NCBI GenBank assembly: GCA_025594325.1
Contig: JANHCV010000002.1
Coordinates: 1,488,001-1,552,000, forward strand
From: Blastocladiella emersonii ATCC 22665
Lineage: Eukaryota > Fungi > Blastocladiomycota
DNA: 64,000 nt
Reading direction: 5' to 3'
The notes under the pieces are model-generated. The model saw only the letters and a list, made by a program, of their open reading frames with translations, was not told where the DNA came from and did not search any database. A program made the position numbers and the translations under genes. Of this stretch, positions 11,301 to 24,300 are shown one piece after another (positions within the stretch are counted from its first letter, which is position 1; every line of letters starts with the position of its first letter).

Positions 11301-12049
11301 GTCGGGCGAGTACTCGAACGAGGGCAGGTCGTCGGGGCGGAAGGACACGCGGTGCGGCTGGTCCGAGTCGCTGCCGGCGCCGTACCCGAGGACAAAGTTC
11401 GAGTTGTGGCCCCAGGTGAAGGCCTCGTCGGGCGCGTCGAGGCGCACGGGGTACATGGTGGTCGCGAGCAGCTGGAACGGCGTCAGGCCCTCGTTGTCGC
11501 GGATCGACAGGTCAATGTCCGGCCTGGACAGGAGCAGCAGCGCGACGCCGAGGTTTCCCTCGTATAGAGCACTACGTGTACAGGCTGTCAGTGGGTTTGC
11601 CGGATCGGGACCAACTGATCGAGAAACGCGCACCGGTGAAGCGCAGTCCAGCCGCTCTCAGAGTCCTGGACGTTGACGTGCACGCCGGGGTGCGCGACAA
11701 ACGACTCGACGGCGTCGATCTTGTTGAGCGTACACGCGGCGTGCAGCGCCGTCTTGCCGACCACGCGCATCGGCCGGTTGACGTGTAGTGGGAGATCGGC
11801 GCTCGATGCCGCGCCCGCAGCCGATCCCGACGACGACGACGCAGAGCTCGATGCAGCCGGTTGTCGGCCACCGGTGCGCTTGCCCTGGCCCGCACTCGCG
11901 CCAGCACCGGCTCGCGCGGATCGGCCGCCCACGGCGGCGTCGCCGAGGTGCTTCTTCAGGATCTGGTGCACAGTGCCGGCATCGTTGCGCAGGGCGGCCT
12001 CGGTCAGCGCCTGCAGGACCGGGTGATGTTGATGCGTAATGTGATCCAT
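8400..12049 (-). CDS. IBTK/Btb1-like ankyrin + RCC1 + BTB protein; exons 12049-11634, 11571-8400
   Basis: Ankyrin repeats (GKTALHAAC, QDSESGWTALHR|ALYEGN) span a 62-nt intron. RCC1 repeats include FTWGHNSNFVLG, LYLWGYGSHGKLG, VAVGRDHTVAV and WVWGSNQFGQCG. The BTB/BACK-like segment reads SYFHTALSSDW...LFKLADFIMADDLK. Confidence 0.88.
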
Positions 12050-12332
12050 GGAGGGCCAGAGAAGCGGTGCCGCGGTCCAGTGCGTCGAGTTGCGAAGGGC
12101 AATCGAGCGTGGCAGGCGCAGACGGTGTGAAGTTGAAGGAGAGGGAGCGCGGAGCGGATTCGATGGCGGCGCGCGACCAAGCACACGTGTGCCGATCGGA
12201 TGCCCTCGTTCTCTTCTCCCTCCCTCATGTATGATGACCATGCCCATAGTGGAACACGAAGCTGATGCAAAGCGACAACGGCTATGAGTATATACAATGA
12301 AAGGGGTCCAAAATGTGAGGCGAGCGGGCGAC

Positions 12333-15300
12333 CTACTGCGTCGACAGGATGCACGCGGTCCCGCGCTTGATGAAAAAGTCGGCGTCGATGGCGCCCGTGC
12401 GCAGGTCGATGGCAATGACAAACGACGCGCGGCCCTTGACCTCGGCGCGGATCGGGTAGTAGTAGAGCGGGCACGAGTACAGGCCCTTGCTCGACTTGCG
12501 CTTGCCCTCGGTCGGCTTGAAGTGGATCGGCGGCAGCGCCGTGAGCAGCTCCATGGGCTTGGGCTCGCACAGCGCGTTGGCCTTGCGGTCCCACCCGGCG
12601 CCCTCGAGGTACGCCCCGCGTACCACGATCCCGTCCTTGATCTGCGCCGCCTGCGTCGCCCCCGCCGTGCTGTTGCCGCCGTCGTCCTCGACCTGTAGCA
12701 CTGAAAAGTCCCACGCCAGCGAGTCGATCGACACGTTGAGCTTGCGCGCCGTCTTCTGCAGCACCGCCGTGAGGAACCCCGTCGGGAACGTGAACGCGCT
12801 CAGCCAGTACAGCTTGGGCTCGTTTCTGTGTGATTCGTGTCGACCGTTAGCAATCTGCTCAACTCCGCCGACAGAGAATCAAACCGTACCCGCGCGCCCA
12901 GTCGGCGAAAAAGTCGACGCGCATCCCGAGATCGCGGATCCACGCCGCGAGCAGCTTAACCGACGGGTACGCGCGCGCCCACTCGGGCGGGACGCGCGCG
13001 TCGAAGATGCACGTGAACATCTCCTCGAGCTCGGGCGTCATGAGCACGATGCCCTTGATCCCGTTCTGCAGGTCGGCCAGCGACTGCCGCATGCTGGCGA
13101 GCAGCGAGTTGTACCGCTTGATCTCCTGCAGCAGCACCACGAGCGTCGGCGACTGGTCCGCCTGCACCAGCTTGTACGCGTACTCGTAGTCGATCTCGTT
13201 GGGCACGCGCCGCTGCAGGTCGGCCGCGAGCGCGAGCACCTTGTCCTCGCGCGTCACGCCCGTGCCCGTCTGCACCTGCGGCTGCAGCGACACGAGCGTC
13301 ATGAGCAGGTTGTTGGACTCGCGGATCTGACTTGCAATGTCCGCGTTCGGGTGCTGCCCAAACGCCTCGGGCCGGTCGTACCCGGGCCACGTCGCAATGT
13401 AGTCGCGGTACTGCTGCGCCGTCGACGTCGGGTCGGGCACGTAGTACTGCGGCAGCGACGACAGCTTGAACTGCGGTACCGTGATGGCCTCGGGGCAAAA
13501 GTACGACCCAATGTACGTCTTGAGCACGCGCCGGTCCCAGTCGTCCGTGATGCGCCCGCCGTAGTTGGCCTCGGCGATCAGGTACCGCAGCGCGTCCCAC
13601 GGCGTGTCCGGGTAGTCGTCGAGCAGCAGCGACAGGATGCTGACGCAGATCTCGAAATCCGAGTCGTTGAAGTCGACGGCGTTGTTCCACCCGAGCGTGA
13701 GGAACTTTTTGCGCTCGAGCACCACCGAGTGGAAGAAGGACAGCCCGAACAGCAGCCGCTTGTAGTCGGTCGTCTTGCGGCACGAGTTGAGCGACTCCTC
13801 GGTCTGCTTCGTGTACAGGCGGATCATGTTGGCGCGCAGGCCCTTGGGCGGCTCCGTCGTCATCTTGATGGCCGAGTGCAGGATCGTGATCGGGAACTGC
13901 GGGTGCGGGCTGGAACTGAGCCACAGGCGGAAGTCCGGGTGCGGCTCCTCCTTGGCGAGCCCCTCGACAATCTTCTCGAGCGTCGGCATCCAGCTGATAC
14001 TGAGGTGGCAGTTGGCGAGGAACACCCACTGGCCCTGGCGGATCCCCTCCTGCAGCAGGTGCGTGGCCTTGGGCGCCTGGCCCTGGCCGAGCGACAGGTG
14101 GTGGAACCGCTCGCCCATGCCGACGGCCTGCGCGAGCGACGTGAGGTTCGAGATCGGGTCGACGCCCGACGACAGGATGAACACGAGCGGGATGTGCGGC
14201 GCCGAGTCGTTGACGGCCTCCTGCATATCAAGGATCGGCGGGTCCGTGAAGGCGGCGCCGAGGTTGGCCGCGACAAAGTTGCGCGCGCAGAAGATGACGC
14301 GGTCGGGGCGGAACGAGCGGACCAGCACGATGCGCTGGAAGTCGGACGTGCGCGTGTGCCAGTCGCCGGGCAGCGTCAGCTTCTCGGGCTCGCTCGACAT
14401 GAACCACGCGCGCCACTCGCGCTCGCTCTGCTCCATGGACGAGATGAGCGACTGGAACCCGGGCATCGTGTCGAGGATGCAGATGTTGTCCCAGGCCACC
14501 TCGCTGAGCCACTCGGCGCATGGGTTGGGCGCCTGCGCGTCGCGGTCGAGGATCAGGCCGCCGCGCAGGAAGAACTCGTACAGGTCCTTGTTGAGCTTGC
14601 CCGCGTTGACGAGGATCTTGGCCGTCATGTGGAACGAGAAGAGCAGCTTGTCCTTTTCGAACAGCCCGCGGCACGCGTACTTGTACACGGCGTACGTGTG
14701 GAACTGGTTCAGGAACTCGATGCGCTGCGCGAGGTCTTCCGACTTCTTGCTCTTGAGGATGCTCTTCTCGAACAGCTCGACGTACGACTCGAGCGAGAAC
14801 TGGTACATGGGGTCGACGCTCGACAGGTCGTTGAGCACAAAGTACAGCACACTGGCACGCGCCGCGCTGGGGCGGTACTGCTCGCGCGCCGTGTCGATCT
14901 CGGCCTCGGTCTGCTGGCTGACAATCAGCTGCTGCGTCACCTGCTCGGCGATGCTCTTACTCGTCTTGAGCGTGTTGACCATCTTTTCGTCGTCGAGCAG
15001 CGAGCCCTCGCTCGAGCTGAGCAGGCCGAGAATCTCGTCCTCGAGCTCGAGCAGCCGCTTCTTGGCCGCGGCTACGCTCGTGACCAGCTTGTCCTTCTGG
15101 TCCTCGAGGTCGGGCTTCTCCTTGCGCACCACGATCCCGAGCAGCTGGTCCTCGAGCCCGCGCTCCTTGACGGCAAAGTTGACGATGGTCGCCTTGGCAA
15201 AGATCTCGGGCGAGTAGTGCGGGTTCGCGAGCTTGGTCGTCAGGTACAGCTTGAAGTCCGGGTTGAAGTCGACCTCCTTGTCGCCGAGCCTGATCACGAG

Positions 15301-18300
15301 GCGGCCCTGCTTCTTGGTCACGCTCTTGTTGAGCAGCGGGTCGAGCGAGGGGTCGATGGCCTCCATGATGCCCTGCACAAGGACGGGCACGCCGAACTGG
15401 ATGCTGCTTTCGAGCGTGCGCAGCAGGTCCGACTGCTTCATGTCGACGATCTTGAGCCCGCGCGCCGTCTCCATGTTCTTGAGCCACGTGCTGGCCTGCG
15501 ACTGCGGGTCAATGAGCAGCGGCCAGCGGCGGCCGCTCGTGACGATGATGCCGTTCTCGATCGAGAAGGCGTCCGTCGGCAGGCCCTGGATGTTCCACTG
15601 GCGAATCTGCGACTCGCTGCCAAGGAACTTGCACACGTTGAAGTCGGGGCTGCACGGGATCTCGAGCGCCTTGATCGCCTTGATCCACGTCCCCTCGACG
15701 AGCTCCATGCGGTACGTGGTGTTGAACGGGCCCGCGTACGACATGAACGCCGACGCGAGGAGACAGTCGCCGGGCAGCAGACCGATGGCCTCCTGGTACA
15801 CCTTGATGCTCGACTCCCAGCGCGACTTCTCGCCCGAGAGCCCCGACACGAGCTGCTCGGCGCGCGACAGCTTGAGCTCGGTCATGTCCGACTCCTTCTT
15901 GAGCTTCTCCTTGAGCGCGAGCTTCTCGTCGTACTGGTTCTGCAGGCTCGTGAGCTTGTCCTGGATCTCCTGCAGCTTCTCCTTGGCGTCGCGCAGCGTG
16001 GCCTGCTTCTTCTCGAGCGTCTCCTGCGCGAGCCGCAGCCGCTCGCGCTTGGGCGCGACCGTGCGGTAGATGTTGGCGTACGTCTCCATGGCGCGCACCC
16101 ACATGCACAGCGACTTGGCGGCGCCCGACACCTTGCCGACCACGTCGGGCATGAAGTTCTCGTCGGCGCAGTACTGCGACACGCGCTTGAGGATCTTGTC
16201 CGAGATGTTGTCCTTGTCGAACCCGATCAGCTGCTTGATGAAGTTGGGGTTGCCGAGCTGGCGCTTGGCCTCGTCCCACGTCGGCTCACACTTCTTCAGC
16301 ACCATGACGCCCTCCATGACCTTCTCGACGAGAGGCGGCGGCTTGCCGTACGACCGGATCTCGTTGAGGTCCTTCTTGTTCAGGGCCTCGAGCGCCTTGG
16401 TCGCGGCCTCGAGCGCGGGCAGCGCCTGGTCGAGGTCGGCGCGCGCCGCGTCGGCCACGGCCTTGACCTCCTCCTCCTCGACCTGCAGCTTCTCGCTGCG
16501 CGCCGAGACCTGCTTGGCCTGCTCGTCGGCCTCGCGCTTCTGCTGCACGATGATCACGAGGTAGTCCTCGCACTGCTTCTGGAACTGGGCCACCTGCTTG
16601 CGCGCGCCCTCGAGCTCGATCGAGATCTTCTGCACGTTCTCGCGCGTGTCGTCGAGCTTGCGCAGGCCGTTCGACAGCTTGTTGGCGAGGTCGCCGATCG
16701 ACTTTTTCTTGGCCTTGTACAGCTCGCAGAAGTTGGTCACGAGCTCGAGGTAGTTGATGGGCGTCACGTACGAGTGCCGCTTGATCTCGACGCGCATGCG
16801 CTTCGAGCACGCGACGACCGACAGGTGCGCCGTCGTGAACACGCTCGCGATGTTGAGCTTGTTGACGGCCGGGTCGAGCGGGAACCCGTTGAGATACTTT
16901 GCGGCGACCTCGAGCAGCGCGTCCTCGGGCCAGTCCGAGAACCAGTCGATGGTGCTGCAGTTGACGAGCGCGGGGAACATGCGCAGGCGGTTGCGGAACG
17001 CGTCGCCGACGGGACTCAGGCACAGGATCGCGTGCAGGTTGTTGCGCACGCGCTCGAGGAACAGCGCGTACAGCGCGTCGGGCGTGTCGAGCCGCTTCTC
17101 GGCCCGCGCAATCGGCCGCATCGCCTCGCGCAGCTCGCCCATCTCGTCGGGCGTGAACAAGTTCGGCACCTCGCCGCTGCTGAGGATCGACGAAAAGTCC
17201 TCGAGGAACGCCTCGTTCACGATCTGTGTGTCCGAGAGCAGGAACGCCGTTTCCTGCGCGTCGCACCCGCACTTGCGGTACAGCGTCTTGAGGTCCTCGC
17301 GGAAGTCGGTGATGCGGTAGTTCTTGGACAGCTGGATGCGGAACGTCTTGATCCCGGCCACGTACGCGGCGAGGCACGACAGCGACTGGCGGCCGGACCC
17401 GCCGACGCCAATGAGCAGGACGTGGCCGCTCGGCTGGCCGAGCACGCGGATGATGCGCGCCATGTGCTCGATGGCGTCGCGGAACAGGACGAGGTCGAGT
17501 TGGATGTACCCCGGCTCCGAGTTGTAGTCCTGCAGCTTCTCCTCGAAGAAGCGCTTGACCTGCTCGGGCTCCGCCATCTCCTGGTAGATTTTGTCCGAGG
17601 TCATGAAGTCGCCGAACAGCGACGCGCGTTTGCCCGGGAACAGCTGCTTGAGCGACGTACTCATGTCCTGCGCGAGCTTGTCGTCGAGGATCTTGATGAA
17701 CGCGTCCTTATCGGTCTGGTCAATGAGGCGGTCGTGGAACACGCGGAACACCTCGTGGACCCACAGCTTGACGAGCGCGTCCTTGGAGTCGTAGTAGTCC
17801 TTGTGGCACCGCAGCAGGCCCTGGAACACGCGCGAAATGTCGCGCAGGTTGAACAGGTAGTGCATGCGGGTCGGCGTGGGCAGGAACTGCGACACAATCG
17901 TGTGGTACACGTCGATGGTCGCCTGCGTCATGATCCCGCCGAGCGGCTTGAGCTCCTCCTCAAAGTCCTGCAGCTTCTGGTTGACAATCGTCGAGAAGAT
18001 GCGGTGCAGCGACACCTCGTTCGGGAACGCCATGTGGATCAGGTGGAACCGCGACTGCACGCGCGAGCTGAGCACGTTGCGGCCGCCGCCGGGCGGGCCC
18101 ATGGCCGCGACGAGCTGGATCTCGTTGATGTACTTGACCAGCTGCTTCTGCTTGTCGAAGCAGTACCCGTAGTCCATCCAGTGCCGCAGGAACTCGAGCG
18201 GGCCCTGCGACCCGAACGCGTCCTTTTGCGGCATGTTGAGGTCGTCGATGAAGCAGATCATGTGCTTGCCGCCGACGGGGACGAACACGTTCTTGGTCCG

Positions 18301-21300
18301 CTTCTCGAGCTTGCCCTCGATGATGGACTGCAGGCGGTCGGCCGTGGTGCGCGCCGAGAAGGGCACTGACAGGATCGTCGTGTGCTCGTCGGCCGCCGAC
18401 AGCACGCTCTGCAGCAGGGACGTCTTGCCGACGCCCACATCGCCGACCACGAGGCACGGCTGGCGCGCCTTGATGAGCGCGCGCGCGAGGTACTCGATGC
18501 GCAACGTGTCGACCGTCGGCACGAAGATCTTGTAGAAGGGCACGTTGGTCGGGTACCGCCAGTTCTCGGGCAGCCGGCTCTCCCACAGCAGCCACGTCTC
18601 CTTGTCGACCGAGACAAAGTACTCATACACCGTGTCCTTGCTCGGGAACTGGCCGTCGATCTCGCGCAGCAGCATGTCAAACTTGTGCCGGCTCTCGTCG
18701 CGCAGCGGGCCGCCGACGGCCCAGATTACCGCGAAGAGGAACCACATCTCGATCACCTTGTCGGACGTGAGCGGCGACGCCTCCATGGCGACGAGCGAGT
18801 CGAACAGCACCGTGATGGACCGCACGATGGTCGACTCGTGGACCTGGACAATCTCGATGCACTGCTTGCGGAACTTGAGCAGCGGCGGGAGGTACTTGTC
18901 GACGAGCTGCGAGAGCTTGGCCGACAGCGCCTCGTTGTCCTTGCACTGGACCCACGATGTGATGACGGGGCGCCATCCAATGTCGGCGTAGTCCATGTAG
19001 ATCATGCCGCACCGCGAGACCGTGGCGGGCGAGGCCGCGGCCAGGTTCTCGACCTCGAACAGCAGCGAGACCTGCTCGGGCAGCGCGATGCGCTCACCGT
19101 TGGTGAGCGTGAGCACCTTGTTGTCGTCCATGACCGAGTTCATGTTCTCGATCCAGATCGTGTCGACGGGGCCGTCGAACACAACCCACTTGAGGTCGCC
19201 CGAGTCGTCGGCCGCGCACACGGTGCGCACGATGCTCGAGAGCACGCCGTCGGTCCACTCGTTGGTCTGCAGGTTGACCTCGCCGTACAGCTCGCCGAGC
19301 GTGAGCGACTTGGGGTTCATGATGTGCGTGTGCACCTGGCTGAACTTGCCCGGGTTGGCCTTGTGCAGCGTGTTGTGCGCCTGCTGCAGCGCCTTCCAGC
19401 ACGTCGACTTGCCGACGCCCGTGGCCCCAACGACCATGACCGAGTGGCGCGACGCCTTGGTGTCGTACAGCTGGATGATCTTGTGGATGGCCGAGTCGAG
19501 CACCTGCAGCCGCTTCTCCTGGTAGATCTTGACCAGCGTGTCGCGAATGTCGTCGGGCACCGACCGCGGCGCCTCGACGCCCGGGAACAGGTCGTTGATG
19601 ATGCCCATGAACAGCGGGCCGTCGTCGGACGTGAGCTTGGGCACGTTCATGTCGGTCATGGTGAGCACGATGACCGTCTCGTCGGGCACGCTGAAGTCGG
19701 CGCGGCGGCGGACACCGGCGGCGCGCAGGGCCGAGGTCAGCGGCCGCAGCCCGAAGTCGTAGTGGTCCTGCTTGCTGAGCTGCTGCGCCGAGACCTTGTA
19801 CAGCGTGTCGACCTTCTTCGAGATCACCTTGGTGTTGTTGAAACCTTCGGCGAAGAGCATGATCTCGGCGATGAGCGCCGTGTCGGGGCTCATCATGGCC
19901 ACGGGCCGGAACAGCGACTTGAGGTTGTCGGGCAGCTCGACACGGCCGGCGTACGTCGGGTTCATGGTGATGAAGATGCCCGTGGTCCAGTTGAGCTTGA
20001 TCTCCTGGCCCTCAAAGATGAAGGTCGTGGCGCGGCGCTGGATCGCGTTGAGCACCGACGAGATCTGCAGGGCCACGACGGACAGCACCTCGATGTCGAT
20101 GCGGTTGAACTCGTCAAAGCAGCCCCACGCGCCCGTCTGCGCGAGCCCGCTGAACATGCGGCCCATGCTCTTGTAGTCGAGGTCGGACGAGCAGTTCTGG
20201 ATGATGACGAGCTTGCCGAGGCCCTTGCCGAGGTCCTTGACCGTCTCGGTCTTGCCCGTGCCGGCGGGTCCCTGCGGACTGCCGCCGCGGTACAGGTGCA
20301 GCGCCGTGGTAAGCGTCATATAGCAGCGGTCCGTGAGCGGCGTGATGACGAGGCGGCCGCTGTTGCCGAGGTACTCGTAGCCGTAGCGGAACCGCGTGTT
20401 GGTCTGGCGGATCACGCAGTCGTCCTCTTCCTTGTCCCAGAAGAAGCGCAGCTGGCTGAGCCACTCGAAGGCGTTGACGCTCTCGAGGTTGTTCTTACAC
20501 ATGCGCTCGATCACGTCGCGCGAGTGCACCTCGGTCGTGATGAGCGCGATCAGCTTCTTGCGGTCGACTTTGGACAGGTTGGTGCGGACGAGGTCGGCGA
20601 GCTTCTTGAGCATCGAGATCTGCTTCTTCTTGAGGTCCTTGAGCGCGTGGCGCTCGCCCTTCTCCATGTCGGTCAGCGCCTTGACGCAGTCGGCGGTCCA
20701 CGAGATCTGGCCCGACAGGATGAGCAGCTGGCCGGGCCAGTCGGTGAGCCACTTGTCGCGCTTCGACTTCTTCATGGCGGCGAGGCAGCCGATGAGCACG
20801 TTGCGCAGCGTGACGCGCATCGCGCTCTCGACGTCCTGGAGCCAGCCCTCGACGGGGCCCTCGAGCGACACGGGCAGGTTGAACGGCACGTACTCGCCGT
20901 CGGGCGAGTGCATGCCGACGGCCTCCCAGTGCTTGCGCATCTCGGGCCCGACCTGCGTCAGCTCGAGCTTGTTGATGCCGTCGAAACACTTCTTCATGTG
21001 CGGCTGCACCGCGGGCGGGTCGCGCGCCTGGCCGAGGATCTCGAGCAGGTCATCATTCGACAGAAAGTAGAACCGCGGGAAGAACTGGCGCTTGGTCTCG
21101 AGGTACATGTCGAGCGACTTTTGCACCTTCTCGAGCTTGTTGAACATGTCCTGCAGCATGTCGAGCAGCCCGGGCGTCTCGACGGCGTGGATCACGCCGC
21201 GGTTCGCGTTGAGCCCCGCGAACAGCTCCTTCCACCGCTTGTTGACGAGGTCGAAGACGGCCGACTCCTTGGGCAGCTGCTTGCGGATGTCCTCGGCGCC

Positions 21301-24300
21301 GACAAAGATGTTCTCGAGGTACATCCACTGCTTCTGGACCTGCAGCAGCACGTCAATGATCTCGACCACCTTGGACAGCGTGCGCTCCCAAAAGTCGATG
21401 GTCTGGCCGAACGCGACGTAGTACTTGGACGCCTTCATGGACGAGAGCGTGACCTGGTTGTCCTCGAGCAGCTCGAAGATGGCGTCGGTGCTGCGCAGCT
21501 TGTGGTACTTGTCCTTGTACCCGACAATGTCGAGCTCCATGGACTGCCACGCCTCCTTGATGTCCGTGAGTCCCTGCTCGATGGACAGCTCCTTGGTCGC
21601 GGCGCCCGACATGGTCGAGATGGACTCGGCGTACTGGTCGAGGCCGAGCTCGAGGACGCGGTCGAGCGACGACTCGGGCGAGTTCGGGTCAAAGGCCTTG
21701 CCGATCTCGTCGACGAGCTGCTCCCAGTGGCGCGAGCGGAGCGCCGGGTTGCGCAGGTCCTGGAGCACGGGCAGGATGCGCTTGACGTGCGTGACCTTGT
21801 CCTTGAGGAACGCGAGCACCTCCCAGTCCTTGGCGGCCTCGCGCTGCAGCTTGGTCAGCTTCTTGATGTACGTCTGGACCACCTCCTCGACCTTGCCGAG
21901 GTCGAGCGTGAGGAACTGCTGCTCCTTCCACGCGCTGTAGCTGCCCGACCAGTCGTCGACCATCTGCCACACGTTCTCGAGCGTCTCGAGCTCGACGCGG
22001 ACCACGGGCAGGTCCTTGGCCGGCGTGTGCTCGATCCCGAACACGGTGAGCCCCTTGCGCAGGTTCTCCTCGGTGGCCATGGTGTCGTCGATCTGTCGCA
22101 GGTAGTCGGCGATCTGCTTGTGCGCGCGGTCGCTGGCCGTGGCGCTCGAGAACGGGCCCTTGGTGCGCACCTCCTCGTTGAGCGCGCCCGACCGCGCCTT
22201 GAACTCCTCGACCTCGGTGAGCAGCTTGGACCGGAACTTCTCCTTGTTCTCCTGCAGCCGCACGTCGGCCTCGGCGAGCGTCTCCTTGAAGCTGACCCAG
22301 ACCGTCGGCAGCGCCTCGAGCTTGGACTTTTCGTCGTCCTTGATCTGCACCTCGTACTTCTCGAGGATCATGTACTGCTCCTGGATCGGCGCGAACTGGG
22401 CCTCGACGTTGCCGAGGTCCGTCTTGAGGTCCGTGACGAGCGTAAGCTTGGACGTGAGGTCGTCGAGGTCGCGCGGCGGCGCACGGAGCCGGTCCGACTT
22501 CTTCTGGAACATGTCGAAGAGCGTCGACAGGTCGGCGTTGGCGTTGTTGTTGAGCAGCGTCGTGAGCTTGGACTGCCACGTGTGGCAGTGCGCGACAATG
22601 GCGTGCTTGAGCGGCGAGCAGTCGAGCCGGACAAAGTTGACGTTGCTCAGCGTCTCCTCCTTCTGCGCGTTGTTGGCCACCTCGTTGTACCGGTTGATGT
22701 CGGCGTCGAACGTCGACATGGCCGGCTTGAGCTTGGCGTAGCGCCGGATGAAGGCGTCCTTGTTGATCTCCCAGATCTCGCGGTACGAGTCCCAGTGCTT
22801 GATGTACGTCTGGCAGTTGGTCGCGTTCTGCGACATGCCGGTCTGGATCCCGGCAAAGATCTTGATCACGTCGTCATCGGCCGCGATAATGTCGTAGAAC
22901 CGCTTGAGGCCGGCCGCGTTGCCGGCACCAATCGCGGCCGCCGCGCCCGTCGACGACATGGACACGGACAGCCCCGCGGGCGCGATAGACGGCACCTCGA
23001 TCATGCCGCCGACGGGGATCAGGACCTCGGGGAGACGCGGGACGACGGCGATGATCTGTACGAGCTCCTTGGCCGCGGCGTTGACGGCCGACTCGAGGCG
23101 CGGGAGCGGCGGGGCAAACTCCATGCGCGTGTTGTCGAGGACGACGTTGACGCGGAACAGGGGCTGCACCTCGCCGCTGCGGTTCTCGGACGCCTTGGCG
23201 TCGCCGTTGATGGCCTTGGACACCTCCTGCAGCGAGCGCTTGACCGAGAGCCGCAGCGCGTCCTCGATGGCGAGGTCGACCTTGGCGACGAACCGCGCCC
23301 ACTGTGCGTGCACGTCGCGGCCGTCCGTCTTGAACGCGTCGAACATGGACCCGAGGATCTGCGCAATGGTCGCGTGCACGTTCTGCAGCTTGGTGCGGAC
23401 CATGTTGCGGTGCGCCGTCTGCGCGGTCTCGAACTCGGCCAGCTCGTAGATGCGCTTGGGCTCAATGTACCACAGGCCCGTATCGGCGATCTGCTTGCAG
23501 CACGCGGCGATGGCGCGGTTCGACTCCATGAAGGTGGTGACAATGCGCTGCACCTCGCCGGCGTGCTTGCGGCACTCCTTGACAAAGTAGTCGGTAACGC
23601 CCTTGGACGCCCACGTCAGCGACTGCAGGCCCGGGTTGATCTTGCGGTCGAGGAACCGGACGCGCTCGCGGAACAGCAGCACCTCCTCCTTGGACAGCAC
23701 CTCGAGGATCGAGTTGTAGTCGCGGATCACGAGCAGCACGTTCTCGCGCAGGACGCGCAGCTCCTCGCGCTTGGCGTACACCTCCTGCACGTAGTACGGG
23801 ATGTCGAACTTGAGCTTCTGCCAGTACACGATCTCGGCAAACAGCTTGAGCATGTCCTTGGAGAACTTGAGCTCGAGGAACCCGTCGGCGCGCCGCGCCA
23901 TGAGCGGCGTCTCGAGCTGCGTGCCGATCTGCTTGTCGATCTGGTTGACCCACTCCTGGTGCGTCTTGGACACGTACTCCTCGAGCGACGAGGAGAGCGT
24001 CTCGTACATGGCCTTGACCTCGGTCGCGAACGGCGTGGGCTGGAGGTAGTCGGCGGCCGCGATCACGTTGATGGGCACCGTAATGCGGCGCAGCAGGGCG
24101 CGTGCCCACAGCGCGGCGCCGGCGTACGGCGGGTGCGCGGCGAGAATCGCGGGCGACTTGCGGTGGGTCTCGAACTCGACCTTGACGACGTTGAGCTCGT
24201 GCAGGAACTGCTGGAACACGTCGGCCGTCTTGCGCTCGACGGCGCGCTTGATGCCGTCGCGCTTGGCCAGGTACGAGAAGATCTCGAGCAGCTCGACGCG